DNA from: an uncultured Thermoleophilia bacterium
GTDB taxonomy: Bacteria; Actinomycetota; Thermoleophilia; UBA2241
DNA length: 64,000 nt
NCBI GenBank assembly: GCA_963700035.1
Contig: CAVOWE010000008.1
Location: 46,452 to 110,451, forward strand
Reading direction: 5' to 3'
Shown: positions 30,305-40,352 of the stretch, piece by piece
Numbering within the stretch: position 1 is the first letter of the stretch
Layout: the number at the start of each line of letters is the position of its first letter
Program-made: the position numbers and the translations under genes
The notes under the pieces: model-generated
Told to the model about the DNA's origin: nothing
The model's input: only the letters and a program-made list of their open reading frames with translations
Database searches by the model: none

Positions 30305-31526
30305 GTGCTCAGCGGCAACGAGCTCCTCGACGGCCGCACCCGCGACACCAACGGCGCCTTCCTGAGCGCCGACCTCAGCGCCCGGGGGGTCAAGGTGACC
30401 AGCGTCCTCACGGTCGCCGACGACGAGGAGCGCCTGAGCGCGGCTCTGACGTACTCCCTCGCCGCCGAGCCGGACCTGCTCGTCGTCGGCGGCGGTCTGG
30501 GCACCACGCACGATGACCTCACGGCCGCCTGCCTCGCTCGCGCCCTGGGCGAAAGCCTTCATGAACACCCCGTGGCCCTCGCGATGGTGGAGGAGCGCGT
30601 GCGCTGGGTCGCCGAGCGACGCCACGTCGCCTTCGACGAGCTGTTCCCCCTGGCGCGCCGACAGGCGCTGATGCCGGCCGGCTCCACGCCCATCCCGCCG
30701 GCCGGCGTCGCCCCCGGCATCGCCGCGCGGCGCGGGCCGACGCGCATCTACGCCTACCCCGGCGTGCCCTACGAGTTCGAGGCCATGTGGCTCGCCACGG
30801 CCGAGCGCCTGCAGGCCGAGGGGTTCTTCCCCGACGTCGCCGTGCGCGTCGTGCGCATCTTCGGCGTCGGCGAGCTCCAGGTGGCGCCGGTCCTTGGGGC
30901 GACGCCGCACGATCTGCTCGAGACCGGGATCAACGTCGGCAGGGGAGAGGTCACGGTGAGGCTGCGCTACCGGCGCGGCGCGCCCGCCGACGCCCAGGCG
31001 GCGGCGGTGGTCACCGCGCTCGAGGCGGGCGCCCCGGTGTTCAGCAGCGACGGCCGCACCGTCGACGACATCGTCGCCGACGGTCTGCGCGCCCGCGGTC
31101 TCACGCTCGCCGTCGCCGAATCCTGCACCGGCGGCCTTCTCGGCGCCCGGCTCACCGAGCGGCCGGGCAGCTCCGACCTACTTCCTCGGCGGCGTCATCA
31201 GCTACGCCGACGCGCTCAAGATGGGCCTGCTCGACGTGCCGGCGGGCATGCTCGCCCAGTACGGCGCCGTCTCGGAAGAAGTGGCCGGCGCGATGGCCGC
31301 AGGCGCGCGCGCCGCGACCGGCGCCGACTTCGCTCTGGCGCTGAGCGGCGTCGCCGGCCCCGACGGCGGCGCGCCCGACAAGCCCGTGGGCGTCGTCTTT
31401 GCAGCGTGCAGCGGACCGCGCCGCACGAAGGTCGTGCGCGGCCTCTACCCGGGCGACCGCGCCTCGGTGCGCGACTACAGCGTCTCCGCGGCGCTTCACC
31501 TGCTGAGGCGCGAGCTCGCCGGGTGA
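30305..31526 (+). pseudogene. cinA: competence/damage-inducible protein CinA (MoCF + nicotinamide-nucleotide amidase domains), frameshift near 31176
   Basis: LSGNELLDGRTRDTNG N-terminus. AVAESCTGGLLGARLTERPGSSD, then YFLGGVISYADALKMGLL... continues in another frame (ORF 31221..31526). The natural N-terminus may also be disturbed, since there is no start before RAAVV. Confidence 0.8.
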
Positions 31527-32080
31527 GCCCGGTGGGCGACGACGAAGCCACGCTGCGCCTGTTCGTCGCCGGCGACCTGCCTGAGGCGACGCGACGTGCC
31601 ATCGCGACCTGGCAGCGTCAGGCGCTCGGAGGCCACGATGGCCTGCGCCTGAACCACGCGCTGCACATCACCTTGGCGTTTCTCGGCGAGGTGGCGGCCG
31701 CCCGCGTGCCCGAGCTGACCGAGGCGCTCTCGAGCGTGCGCATGCGGCCCTGCCGGGTCGCCGTCGTGGAGCCCGTCTTCCTGCCCGTCCGCGGCGCCAA
31801 ACGCGTCGTCGCGCTGACGCTCGCCGACCGCGACGGCGAGCTGGCGCGCCTTCAAGCCGGCGTGACGGCCGCGCTGGCCGCCACCGGCCTCTACGAGGCG
31901 CGGCCACGTCCCTGGCTCCCGCACCTCACCGTCGCCCGCTATCGCCGTCCCGGTCACCCGTTTTCCCTGCAAAACGTCAACATCCCGCGGTTTTGTGTCG
32001 TCCGCACGGTCTTGTATAGTAGCCTCCTGGAGAGGGCCGGCGCCGTGCACACTCCCCTGGCAGTCTTTCCCGCGTCCTGA
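31523..32080 (+). CDS. thpR: RNA 2',3'-cyclic phosphodiesterase / 2'-5' RNA ligase family (2H phosphoesterase)
   Basis: Two HxT motifs (HITLAF and HLTVAR). GTG 31523 overlaps the cinA TGA (GTGA). Confidence 0.8.
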   Translation: MSPVGDDEATLRLFVAGDLPEATRRAIATWQRQALGGHDGLRLNHALHITLAFLGEVAAARVPELTEALSSVRMRPCRVAVVEPVFLPVRGAKRVVALTLADRDGELARLQAGVTAALAATGLYEARPRPWLPHLTVARYRRPGHPFSLQNVNIPRFCVVRTVLYSSLLERAGAVHTPLAVFPAS

Positions 32081-32099
32081 GCAAGAGAGGAGCGCTACC

Positions 32100-33164
32100 T
32101 TGGACAAAGACAAAGCCCTTGAAGCAGCCGTCACGCAGATCGAGCGCCAGTTCGGCAAGGGCAGCGTCATGCGCCTCGGCGATCATCCCGTGAGCGACGA
32201 CATGCAGTTCGTGCCCACCGGGTCGCTGGCCCTCGATATCGCCCTCGGCGTCGGCGGCATCCCGCGCGGCCGCATCGTCGAGATCTACGGCCCCGAGTCG
32301 TCGGGCAAGACCACGATGGTCTATCACCTCATCGCGCAGGCGCAGCGGCTCGGTGGCCAGGCCGCGTTCATCGACGCCGAGCACTCCATGGACCCGATCT
32401 ACGCCAAGGCCATCGGCGTCGACGTCGACAACCTGCTGGTCTCGCAGCCCGACTACGGCGAGCAGGCGCTCGAGATCGCCGAGATGCTGGTGCGCAGCGG
32501 AGCCCTCGACATCGTCGCCATCGACTCGGTGGCGGCGCTCACGCCCAAAGCCGAGATCGAGGGCGAGATGGGCGACAGCTTCGTCGGTCTGCAGGCGCGC
32601 CTCATGAGCCAGGCGCTGCGCAAGCTCGCCGGCACTCTCAACCGCTCGGGCACCATCTGCTGCTTCACCAACCAGCTGCGCGAGAAGATCGGCGTCATGT
32701 TCGGCAGCCCCGAGGTCACTACGGGTGGCAAGGCGCTCAAGTTCTACGCCACCATCCGCCTCGACATCCGCCGCATCGAGACGCTCAAAGACGGCACCGA
32801 GGCGGTCGGCAACCGCGTGCGCGTCAAGGTCGTCAAGAACAAGGTGGCGCCGCCTTTCAAACTGGCCGAGTTCGACATCATGTACGGGCAGGGCATCTCG
32901 CGCGAGGGCACGTTGCTCGACCTCGGCGTCGTCCACGATGTGGTCGCCAAGAGCGGCGCCTTCTTCAGCTACAACGACGAGCGGCTCGGCCAAGGCCGCG
33001 CCAACGCCAAGGCGTTCCTCAAGGAGAACCCCGACATGGCCGACGCCATCGAGCTGCGGATCCGTGAGAAGGCGGGGCTTCCGCTTGTGCCGGTCGCGTT
33101 GACAGCCCCCGTCGAGGTGGTCGTACCCGAGGGCGTCGACCCGGTCACCGGCGAGGTCCTCTAG
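32100..33164 (+). CDS. recA: recombinase RecA
   Basis: [28 protein letters not shown], Walker [13 protein letters not shown] 32100 preceded by GAGAGGAG. Confidence 0.97.
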   Translation: MDKDKALEAAVTQIERQFGKGSVMRLGDHPVSDDMQFVPTGSLALDIALGVGGIPRGRIVEIYGPESSGKTTMVYHLIAQAQRLGGQAAFIDAEHSMDPIYAKAIGVDVDNLLVSQPDYGEQALEIAEMLVRSGALDIVAIDSVAALTPKAEIEGEMGDSFVGLQARLMSQALRKLAGTLNRSGTICCFTNQLREKIGVMFGSPEVTTGGKALKFYATIRLDIRRIETLKDGTEAVGNRVRVKVVKNKVAPPFKLAEFDIMYGQGISREGTLLDLGVVHDVVAKSGAFFSYNDERLGQGRANAKAFLKENPDMADAIELRIREKAGLPLVPVALTAPVEVVVPEGVDPVTGEVL

Positions 33165-33174
33165 GACTCCAGTC

Positions 33175-33825
33175 GTGCCCGTCGTCACCGCGCTGCGGGC
33201 CACTCGCCGTGGCCACGTAGCCCTGCACGTCGACGGCGGCTTCGTCTGCAGCGTCAGCGACTCGTTCGTCGCGCGCTGGCGCCTGTACCAGGGCCGCGAG
33301 CTCGACGAAGACGCACTCGCCCGACTCGTGGCCCAGGCGTCGGCCGAACGGGTCATGGCCGACGCCTACCGCCTGCTCGGGCACCGCGCCCGCAGCCGCC
33401 ACGAGCTTCGCCGGCGGCTGCTCCAGAAGGGGCACGACGAGCAGGCCGTCGCCGGCGCGCTCGAGCGGCTCGCCGGCGACGGCCTGCTCGACGACGCCGA
33501 GTTCGCGCGCAGCTATCTGGCCGACAAGCGCGGTCTCAGCGGGTGGGGCAGCCAGCGCATCCGCCGCGGCCTCACCGAGCTGGGCGTCGCTCACGAAGTG
33601 ATCGACGCGACGCTCGGCGGCGCCGCGGCCGCCGACGGCGACGACGCGGAGCTCGAGCGCGCCCTTGCGGCGCTGCGCCGCAGGGGAGCGCCGCAGCCGC
33701 CGCTCGACGCGGCCCGGCGGCGCGCCTACCAGGCCCTCGTGCGGCGCGGCTTCAGCCCCGCGGTCGCGTATGCGGCGATCCGGCGGTGGAGCGGCGGCGA
33801 CCCCTCAGACGACGATCTCCGCTGA
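33175..33825 (+). CDS. recX: recombination regulator RecX
   Basis: 216 aa immediately downstream of recA, with repeated three-helix RecX-like segments (LL.RR.RS..ELR.RL..KG). Confidence 0.85.
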   Translation: MPVVTALRATRRGHVALHVDGGFVCSVSDSFVARWRLYQGRELDEDALARLVAQASAERVMADAYRLLGHRARSRHELRRRLLQKGHDEQAVAGALERLAGDGLLDDAEFARSYLADKRGLSGWGSQRIRRGLTELGVAHEVIDATLGGAAAADGDDAELERALAALRRRGAPQPPLDAARRRAYQALVRRGFSPAVAYAAIRRWSGGDPSDDDLR

Positions 33826-33835
33826 GGCTGTGCGA

Positions 33836-33865
33836 TTGACTTTGTGAGCGTCAATCCCCTACTAT
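33836..33865 (+). promoter_or_regulatory. sigma-70-like promoter candidate for the rny leader
   Basis: TTGACT (33836-33841), 18-nt spacer, TACTAT (33860-33865), about 270 nt upstream of the rny ATG. Confidence 0.4.
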
Positions 33866-34071
33866 CGTGGAGCGCGACGTGTGCGCGTGCTTTGTGTAGA
33901 TCACTCTCGCTCTTGCATAGCGATACGCATGGCGCTTCGGCGCCGACTAGCTGACACCATCGAACCAGGGGTCGACCGTGAGAGATTTGGGAGGTTTCGC
34001 GACCAGAACACCGTCCTGACCCCTGGACGCTGACACAGCTGCAGATCGGTATCCTTTGCACGAGCGAGTGT

Positions 34072-34109
34072 GGCACTGGCCGGGCGCGTTGCCCGGCCTT
34101 TCTTGTGCC
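34072..34109 (+). promoter_or_regulatory. terminator-like hairpin inside the rny 5' leader
   Basis: GGCCGGGC-gcgtt-GCCCGGCC followed by TTTCTT, nested in an outer GGCAC...GTGCC stem, about 30 nt before the rny start. Confidence 0.35.
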
Positions 34110-34137
34110 GCGCGACCTGTGAAGGGATAGGACTGAG

Positions 34138-35670
34138 ATGATGATTGCCGTGTACATCGTGGTGGGGCTCGCAGTAGGCGTGGTCGCGGGGTACCTGATC
34201 CGCCGCAACCTGGCGTCGGGCAAGCTGGCGGGGGCGGAGCGTGAGGCAGAGAAGGTGCTGCGCGACGCCAAGCGTGAGGCCGAGACCATCGTCAAGGAAG
34301 CTCGCCTCGAGGCAAAAGAAGAACTGCACAAGGTGCGCAGCGAGGTCGAGGCCGAGCTGCGCGACCGGCGCGAAGAGGTCGGCAAGGCCGAGCAGCGCCT
34401 GCTGCAGCGCGACGAACAGCTCGACTCGCGCGCCGCAGAGCAGGACCGTCGCGAGCAGTCGCTGCACGATCGCGACGCCAACTCGCAGCGGATCGCCGAG
34501 GAGCTGCAAACCGCCCACGACGAGGCCATGATCCAGCTCGAGCGCATCTCCGGGCTCAGCGCGGCGCAGGCCAAGGACATGCTCCTCAAGCAGACGGAGG
34601 ACGAGGCCCGCCACGAGATGGCCAAGCTCGTCCGCCAGGTCGAGGAAGAGGCGCGTCGCGAGGCCGACCGCCGCGCCCGCAACATCCTCTCGCTCAGCAT
34701 CCAGCGCACCGCCGCCAACCACGTCGCCGAGACCACCGTATCGGTGGTCAACTTGCCGTCCGACGATATGAAGGGCCGCATCATCGGCCGCGAAGGGCGC
34801 AACATCCGCACCCTCGAGAACACCACGGGCATCGACTTCATCATCGACGACACGCCCGAGGCGGTCGTCCTCTCGGGCTTCGACGGCGTGCGCCGGGAGA
34901 CTGCGCGCCTGACGCTCACCAAACTCATCACCGACGGGCGCATCCACCCGGCGCGCATCGAGGAGACCTACCTTCAGGCGAAGGCCGAGGTGGAGGCCGC
35001 CATGGAGGAGGCCGGGGAGCAGGCCTGTTTCGACACCAACGTGCACGGGGTGGCGCCCGAGCTCGTCAGGGTCCTCGGGCGTCTCAAGTACCGCACCAGC
35101 TACGGCCAGAACGTGCTCAACCATTCCATCGAGGTCGCGCATCTCGCCGGCATCATGGCCGCCGAGCTGGGTGCCAACGTCAAGATCGCCAAGCGCGCCG
35201 GTCTGCTGCACGACATCGGCAAAGCCGTGGACCACGAGGTCGACGGCTCGCACGCGGAGATCTCGCAGCAACTCTGCAAGAAGTACCGCGAGTCGCAGAG
35301 CGTCTGCCACGCGATCCAGGCGCACCACCAGGACATCGAGCCGCAGACCGTCGAGGCCGTCCTCGTGCAGGCCGCCGACGCCATCTCCGCGGCGCGGCCG
35401 GGCGCCCGCCGGGAGTCGCTCGAGAACTACGTCAAGCGCCTCGAGTCGCTGGAGCGCATCGCCGAGAGCAAGAAGGGCGTGGACAAGTGCTTCGCCATGC
35501 AGGCGGGCCGCGAGGTGCGCGTGATGGTCAAGCCGGCCGAGATCGACGACGACGCGACGGCACTGCTGGCCCGCGAGATCGCCCGGGACTTCGAGGATCA
35601 GCTCGACTACCCCGGCCAGATCAGGGTCACCGTGATCCGCGAGAGCCGCGCCGTCGACATCGCCAAGTAG
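34138..35670 (+). CDS. rny: ribonuclease Y
   Basis: 510 aa. N-terminal TM helix, long coiled coil, KH ([12 protein letters not shown]) and HD domain (LLHDIGKA). Confidence 0.95.
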   Translation: MMIAVYIVVGLAVGVVAGYLIRRNLASGKLAGAEREAEKVLRDAKREAETIVKEARLEAKEELHKVRSEVEAELRDRREEVGKAEQRLLQRDEQLDSRAAEQDRREQSLHDRDANSQRIAEELQTAHDEAMIQLERISGLSAAQAKDMLLKQTEDEARHEMAKLVRQVEEEARREADRRARNILSLSIQRTAANHVAETTVSVVNLPSDDMKGRIIGREGRNIRTLENTTGIDFIIDDTPEAVVLSGFDGVRRETARLTLTKLITDGRIHPARIEETYLQAKAEVEAAMEEAGEQACFDTNVHGVAPELVRVLGRLKYRTSYGQNVLNHSIEVAHLAGIMAAELGANVKIAKRAGLLHDIGKAVDHEVDGSHAEISQQLCKKYRESQSVCHAIQAHHQDIEPQTVEAVLVQAADAISAARPGARRESLENYVKRLESLERIAESKKGVDKCFAMQAGREVRVMVKPAEIDDDATALLAREIARDFEDQLDYPGQIRVTVIRESRAVDIAK

Positions 35671-35702
35671 GCGGAGGCGGCGCGGAGGCGCCACCGCAAG
35701 CC

Positions 35703-37028
35703 ATGCGCACCTACTACCTGCGCTCGTTCGGCTGTCAGATGAACGAGCACGACGCCGAGCGTATCCGCGCGCTCCTCGAGGCCGAAGGCCTGAAGCGCGC
35801 CGACGAGCCCGACGGCGCCGACGTGCTCGTCTACAACACCTGTACCGTGCGCAAGAGCGCCGACGAGCGTCTGGCCGGGCATCTGGGCACCGCCGCCCGG
35901 CTCAAGCGCGAGGACGCCGGCCGCCTCGTCCTCGTCACCGGCTGCCTGCCGCAGGCCGAGCGGGACGACCTGTTCCGGCGCTTCCCCTTCGTCGACGGCG
36001 CCCTGGGCCCGCAGAACCTGCATCGCCTGCCGGAGCTGCTCGCGGCGGCCGTCGAGGCGGCGCAGCCGGACGGACGGCCGCCGGGCTTCTTCGCCGACGG
36101 CCCGGCCATGAGCGGCGACCTCGTGGGGCGCCGGGAGCGGCCCTACCAGGCGTGGGTGCAGATCATGTCGGGCTGCACGAACTACTGCTCGTACTGCATC
36201 GTGCCGCGTGTGCGTGGCCCCGAGCGCAGCCGTGACCTGCAGACTGTCGTGGCCGAGATCCGCGGCCTCGTCGCCGACGGCGTGCGTGAGGTCACCCTGC
36301 TCGGCCAGAACGTCAACGCCTACGGCCTCGATCTGCGGCTCGCCGGGCGCGAGGGAGCGCCGGACTTCCCGGCGCTGCTGCGCGCCCTCGACGCCGTGCC
36401 GGGCCTCGCGCGCGTACGCTTCATGACGTCGCATCCGAAGGACCTCTCGGACGACCTCGTGCGGGCGATGGCCGAGCTGCCCAGCGTCTGCGAGCACGTC
36501 CACCTGCCGGCCCAAGCCGGCTCCGACCGCATCCTGGCCGCCATGAACCGCGGGTACACCGCGGCGGCCTACCTCGAGCGCGTGCACGCGTTGCGCGCGG
36601 CCGTGCCCGACGTGAGCGTGACGACGGACCTCATCGCGGGGTTCCCCGGCGAGAGCGACGACGACTTCGCGCAGACGCTCGAGCTGGCCCGGTCGGCGCG
36701 CTTCGACGCGGCCTTCACGTTCGTGTTCTCGCCGCGCCGCGGCACCGCCGCCGCCGAGCTCCCGGGCCAGGTGACGGCCGCGGTCAAGCGCGAGCGCGTG
36801 GAGCGCCTCATCGCGCTCACTCAGGAGCTGGCCCTCGACTCACGGCAGCGCTGGGTGGGCCGTCGCGCCGAGGTGCTGGTCGAGGGACCCAGCCGCGACG
36901 GGCGCCGCCTGCGCGGCCGTACCCGGCAGAACGTGACGGCCAACGTGTCCGGGGCGGTCGAACCCGGTGCTATAGTGGAGATCGAGGTCACCGGAGCGAC
37001 CTCGACGACCCTTCGCGGAAGGGCCTGA
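35703..37028 (+). CDS. miaB: tRNA (N6-isopentenyladenosine-37) methylthiotransferase MiaB
   Basis: YYLRSFGCQMNEHDAE N-terminus, radical-SAM CTNYCSYC, TRAM-like C-terminus. ATG 35703. Confidence 0.93.
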   Translation: MRTYYLRSFGCQMNEHDAERIRALLEAEGLKRADEPDGADVLVYNTCTVRKSADERLAGHLGTAARLKREDAGRLVLVTGCLPQAERDDLFRRFPFVDGALGPQNLHRLPELLAAAVEAAQPDGRPPGFFADGPAMSGDLVGRRERPYQAWVQIMSGCTNYCSYCIVPRVRGPERSRDLQTVVAEIRGLVADGVREVTLLGQNVNAYGLDLRLAGREGAPDFPALLRALDAVPGLARVRFMTSHPKDLSDDLVRAMAELPSVCEHVHLPAQAGSDRILAAMNRGYTAAAYLERVHALRAAVPDVSVTTDLIAGFPGESDDDFAQTLELARSARFDAAFTFVFSPRRGTAAAELPGQVTAAVKRERVERLIALTQELALDSRQRWVGRRAEVLVEGPSRDGRRLRGRTRQNVTANVSGAVEPGAIVEIEVTGATSTTLRGRA

Positions 37029-37052
37029 CAGGCGCACTCAGGAGGTGCCGTC

Positions 37053-37850
37053 ATGCAGGGCTGTATCTGTCCCCATCCGCCGCTGCTCATCCCTGAGGTC
37101 GGCGGCGCGTCGCTGCGCCAGGTGGGCGCCACCGTCGCGGCCATGAAGCGACTGGCCGCCCAAGTGGGGGAGCCCGAGACCGTCGTCGTGATGTCCCCCC
37201 ACAGCGACGGCTTCGGCGACGCGCACGTGGTGCGCACAGCGCCGCGCCTGCGCGGCGACTTCGGCCGCTTCCGCAACCCGGAGGTGGCCTTCACCTACGA
37301 CAACGACATACCCTTCGCCGAGCTCCTGCTCGCCCTGGCCGGCGACTACCGTCGCCTCCAGCTCATGCCCGACGACGGCGACCAGCTCGACTGGGGCGTG
37401 CTCGTGCCCCTGAGCTTCCTCAAAGCGCGTCAGATCGTCTCGCTGTCGATCGTGAGCGCCTACGCCGAGCACCGCACCCTCGGGCAGCTCGTGCGCCGCT
37501 GCGCCGAGGAGCTCGGCCGCGACACGCTGTTCCTCGCGTCGGGCGACCTCTCGCACGCTCTCACGCACAGCGCGCCGGCGCCCTACGACCCGCGCGGCAA
37601 GCTCTTCGACGACGAGGTGGTGCGCCTGCTGGGGATCGGCGACTTCGCCGGGCTCGGACGGATGGACCCGATCCTGCTCGAAGGCGCCGCCGAGTGCGGC
37701 CTGCGCAGCTTCATGGCGCTCGGCGGCTTTCTCGGCGACGACGCCCTCGTCGAGCCCGAGATCCTCAGCTACGAGGGGCCCTTCGGCGTGGGCTACATGG
37801 TGGCTCGTTTCGGGGCCGCCGAGGTGGAGCGCCCGGGGGTGGAGGCTTGA
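37053..37850 (+). CDS. class III extradiol dioxygenase-fold (LigB/Memo-like) protein
   Basis: 265 aa. CICPHPPLLIPEVGG N-terminus and ASGDLSH motif, typical of LigB-fold proteins that accompany or are fused to AMMECR1. RBS AGGAGG upstream. Confidence 0.7.
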   Translation: MQGCICPHPPLLIPEVGGASLRQVGATVAAMKRLAAQVGEPETVVVMSPHSDGFGDAHVVRTAPRLRGDFGRFRNPEVAFTYDNDIPFAELLLALAGDYRRLQLMPDDGDQLDWGVLVPLSFLKARQIVSLSIVSAYAEHRTLGQLVRRCAEELGRDTLFLASGDLSHALTHSAPAPYDPRGKLFDDEVVRLLGIGDFAGLGRMDPILLEGAAECGLRSFMALGGFLGDDALVEPEILSYEGPFGVGYMVARFGAAEVERPGVEA

Positions 37851-38422
37851 GCGAGGAGGGCGACGGGACGAGCAGCGCTGCGCTTGGACCGGCCGACTAC
37901 GCCCGCGTCTGCGTGGAGAGCTGCGTGCTGGCGCGCCCGCTGCCGCCACCGGGGGAGCATTCGTTCTTCAGGCGCCGCGCCGCGTGTTTCGTGTCGCTCA
38001 AGAAGCACGGCGAGTTGCGCGGCTGTATCGGCACCCTGGAGCCGGCCGCCGCGGATCTGGGCGCCGAGATCGCCCGCAACGCCCGCTCGGCGGCCTTTCA
38101 CGATCCGCGTTTCCAGCGCGTGCGCGCGGACGAGCTCGCGGATCTCGCGTGCTCCGTCGATGTGCTCAGTCCGAGCGCACCGTGCGCGCTGGCCGACCTC
38201 GACCCCGCGGTCTACGGCGTGATCGTCCTCGCCGGCTTTCGCCGGGGCGTCCTGCTGCCCGATCTGCAGGGCGTCGACACCGCGCAGCAGCAGGTCGATA
38301 TCGCCCTGCAGAAGGCCGGCATCGGCCCCGGCGAGGCGTTCGCGCTCGAGCGTTTCACCGTGACGCGCTACCGCGAGGGCGAGCCGCCGCGCGACGACGC
38401 GGTCGATGACCGGCCGAGCTGA
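37847..38422 (+). CDS. AMMECR1-domain protein (AmmeMemoRadiSam system protein A-like)
   Basis: ACFVSLKKHGELRGCIGTLEP core motif. TTG 37847 overlaps the preceding stop. The 3' end overlaps the miaA start by 17 nt. Confidence 0.8.
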   Translation: MSEEGDGTSSAALGPADYARVCVESCVLARPLPPPGEHSFFRRRAACFVSLKKHGELRGCIGTLEPAAADLGAEIARNARSAAFHDPRFQRVRADELADLACSVDVLSPSAPCALADLDPAVYGVIVLAGFRRGVLLPDLQGVDTAQQQVDIALQKAGIGPGEAFALERFTVTRYREGEPPRDDAVDDRPS

Positions 38423-39389
38423 AGCGCCGGGCGCCGCAGGCACACGGCGCGAGGTGGCCGCGCCGGTCGTCGCCCTCTTCGGGGCGACTGCGCTCGGCAA
38501 GACCGACGTGGCGCTCGCGCTCGCCGAGCGCCTCTGCGCAGACATCGTCGTGGCCGACTCGATGCAGGTCTACGAGGGCCTGCCCATCATCACCAACCAG
38601 CCCGACGAGGCGCAGCGCGCCCGGGCGCGGCACCACCTCGTCGGCTTCGTGCCCCCTCAACGCGCGTTCACCGTGGCCGAGTATGCCCGCGAGGCCCATG
38701 AGGCCATCGACGGCCTGCGCCGCGAGGGCCGCGCCGTGATCGTCGAGGGCGGCTCCGGGCTGTACCTCAGAGCCGCCCTCGGCGACCTCGACTTCGCGGC
38801 GCCGCCGGACGCGACGCTACGGCACGAGCTCGAGAGGCGTTGGGAGCGCGACCCGGGCGGGGTGGTGGACGAGCTGCGCCGGCTCGACCCCGCCGGCCTC
38901 GCGCGTCTCGACGCCTCCAACCCGCGCCGCGTCATCCGCGCCCTCGAGTCGGTGCTCGTGAGCGGCGAACCGCTTCGGGCCACCGGCCGGGACCAGCTCT
39001 GGCGACCAGGGGAGCGCTATGCGCACGTCCTGGTCGCCCTCGTCCCGGACGACGACCGTGCCGCGCTGAAAGCGCGCATCGAGGAGCGCGTCGACGAGAT
39101 GCTCGCCGCCGGCGCCGTCGACGAAGTCGCCCGGGCCCGCGAAGGCGGGCCCATCTCGCGCACCGCGCTGCAGGCCATCGGCGTGCGCGAGCTCGGCGCC
39201 GTCCTCGACGGCGATCTCAGCGTGGACGAGGCGGCGGCGCGCATGAAAGCGCGCACGCGCGCCCTGGCGCGCCGCCAGCTCACCTGGATGCGCAAGCTGC
39301 CGGCGGCCGCCCAGGTGCCTGCGGCCGGGCGGCCGCCGGAGGCCGTCGCGCAGAGCGTGCTCGCCTTGCTGGAGACACGCCCGTGGTAG
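38406..39389 (+). CDS. miaA: tRNA dimethylallyltransferase
   Basis: P-loop-like LFGATALGKTDVAL, ADSMQVYEGLPIITNQP, and a RRQLTWMRK C-terminal motif. Confidence 0.9.
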   Translation: MTGRAEAPGAAGTRREVAAPVVALFGATALGKTDVALALAERLCADIVVADSMQVYEGLPIITNQPDEAQRARARHHLVGFVPPQRAFTVAEYAREAHEAIDGLRREGRAVIVEGGSGLYLRAALGDLDFAAPPDATLRHELERRWERDPGGVVDELRRLDPAGLARLDASNPRRVIRALESVLVSGEPLRATGRDQLWRPGERYAHVLVALVPDDDRAALKARIEERVDEMLAAGAVDEVARAREGGPISRTALQAIGVRELGAVLDGDLSVDEAAARMKARTRALARRQLTWMRKLPAAAQVPAAGRPPEAVAQSVLALLETRPW

Positions 39390-39448
39390 AGTATGCGCTC
39401 GAGCCGCGAGCGACCGCGGCCGTTCCTTCTCACAGGGGGTCGTGACGG

Positions 39449-40318
39449 GTGACGCCGACGTGGCAAGGCCTTGGCAAGGTCCAGTTCTCCAAGTGGCAAG
39501 GCCTCGGTAACAACTACATCGTGGTGCACGCCGAAGAGGTGCCGTTCGAGCTCACACCCGAGCGCGTGCGTCTGCTCTGCGACCGCAACCTCGGCATCGG
39601 CTCGGACGGCATCATGGTCATCGGCACACCGACCGGCGAGAACCGCTTCCCGATCACGATCTTCAATCCGGACGGCAGCCAGGCGGAGATGTGCGGCAAC
39701 GGCGTGCGCATGGTCGCCCGCAAGCTCCAGATGGAGGGCCTGCTGACCAGCGACACGGTCGTGCTCGAGACGGCCGCCGGCGAGATCGTCCCCAAGCTGG
39801 GCGACGGCTACATGGTCACCGTCGACATGGGCATCGCGCACTTCGGCGGCGAGAAGCTCAGCGGCTTCGAGGGCGACTGCGTCGAGGAGTCCCTGCACGC
39901 CGCCGGCCGCAGCTTCACCTTCACGTTCGTCGACGTCGGCAACCCGCACGCCGTGATCCAGTCGCCCTGGCCCCTCGAGCTCGTCCCGCTGCACGAGATC
40001 GGCCCCGTGATCGAGGAGCACAAGAACTTCCCCCGGAAGGCCAACGTGGAGTTCGTCAAGGTCCTCGGCGACCACGAAGCCAGGGTGAGGGTCTGGGAAC
40101 GGGGCGTGGGGGAGACGCGTGCCTGTGGCACCGGCGCCACCGCGACCGCGGTCGCGCTGGTCCGCACCGGCCGCTGCACGTCGCCGGTCACGGTGGAACT
40201 GCCCGGCGGCAGGCTCGTCGTCGAGGTGCGGCCCGACTGGCGCGTGTTCATGACCGGGCCCGCCGAGGAGATCTACCACGGCGATCTCTCGCGGGAGTTC
40301 CTCGATCACCTCGAGTGA
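39449..40318 (+). CDS. dapF: diaminopimelate epimerase
   Basis: FSKWQGLGNNYIVV N-terminus. Catalytic Cys motifs EMCGNGVR and ETRACGTGATA. Confidence 0.9.
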   Translation: MTPTWQGLGKVQFSKWQGLGNNYIVVHAEEVPFELTPERVRLLCDRNLGIGSDGIMVIGTPTGENRFPITIFNPDGSQAEMCGNGVRMVARKLQMEGLLTSDTVVLETAAGEIVPKLGDGYMVTVDMGIAHFGGEKLSGFEGDCVEESLHAAGRSFTFTFVDVGNPHAVIQSPWPLELVPLHEIGPVIEEHKNFPRKANVEFVKVLGDHEARVRVWERGVGETRACGTGATATAVALVRTGRCTSPVTVELPGGRLVVEVRPDWRVFMTGPAEEIYHGDLSREFLDHLE

Positions 40319-40352
40319 CGCCGGCGCAGCCGACCAGGACTCCGGGAGAGCC

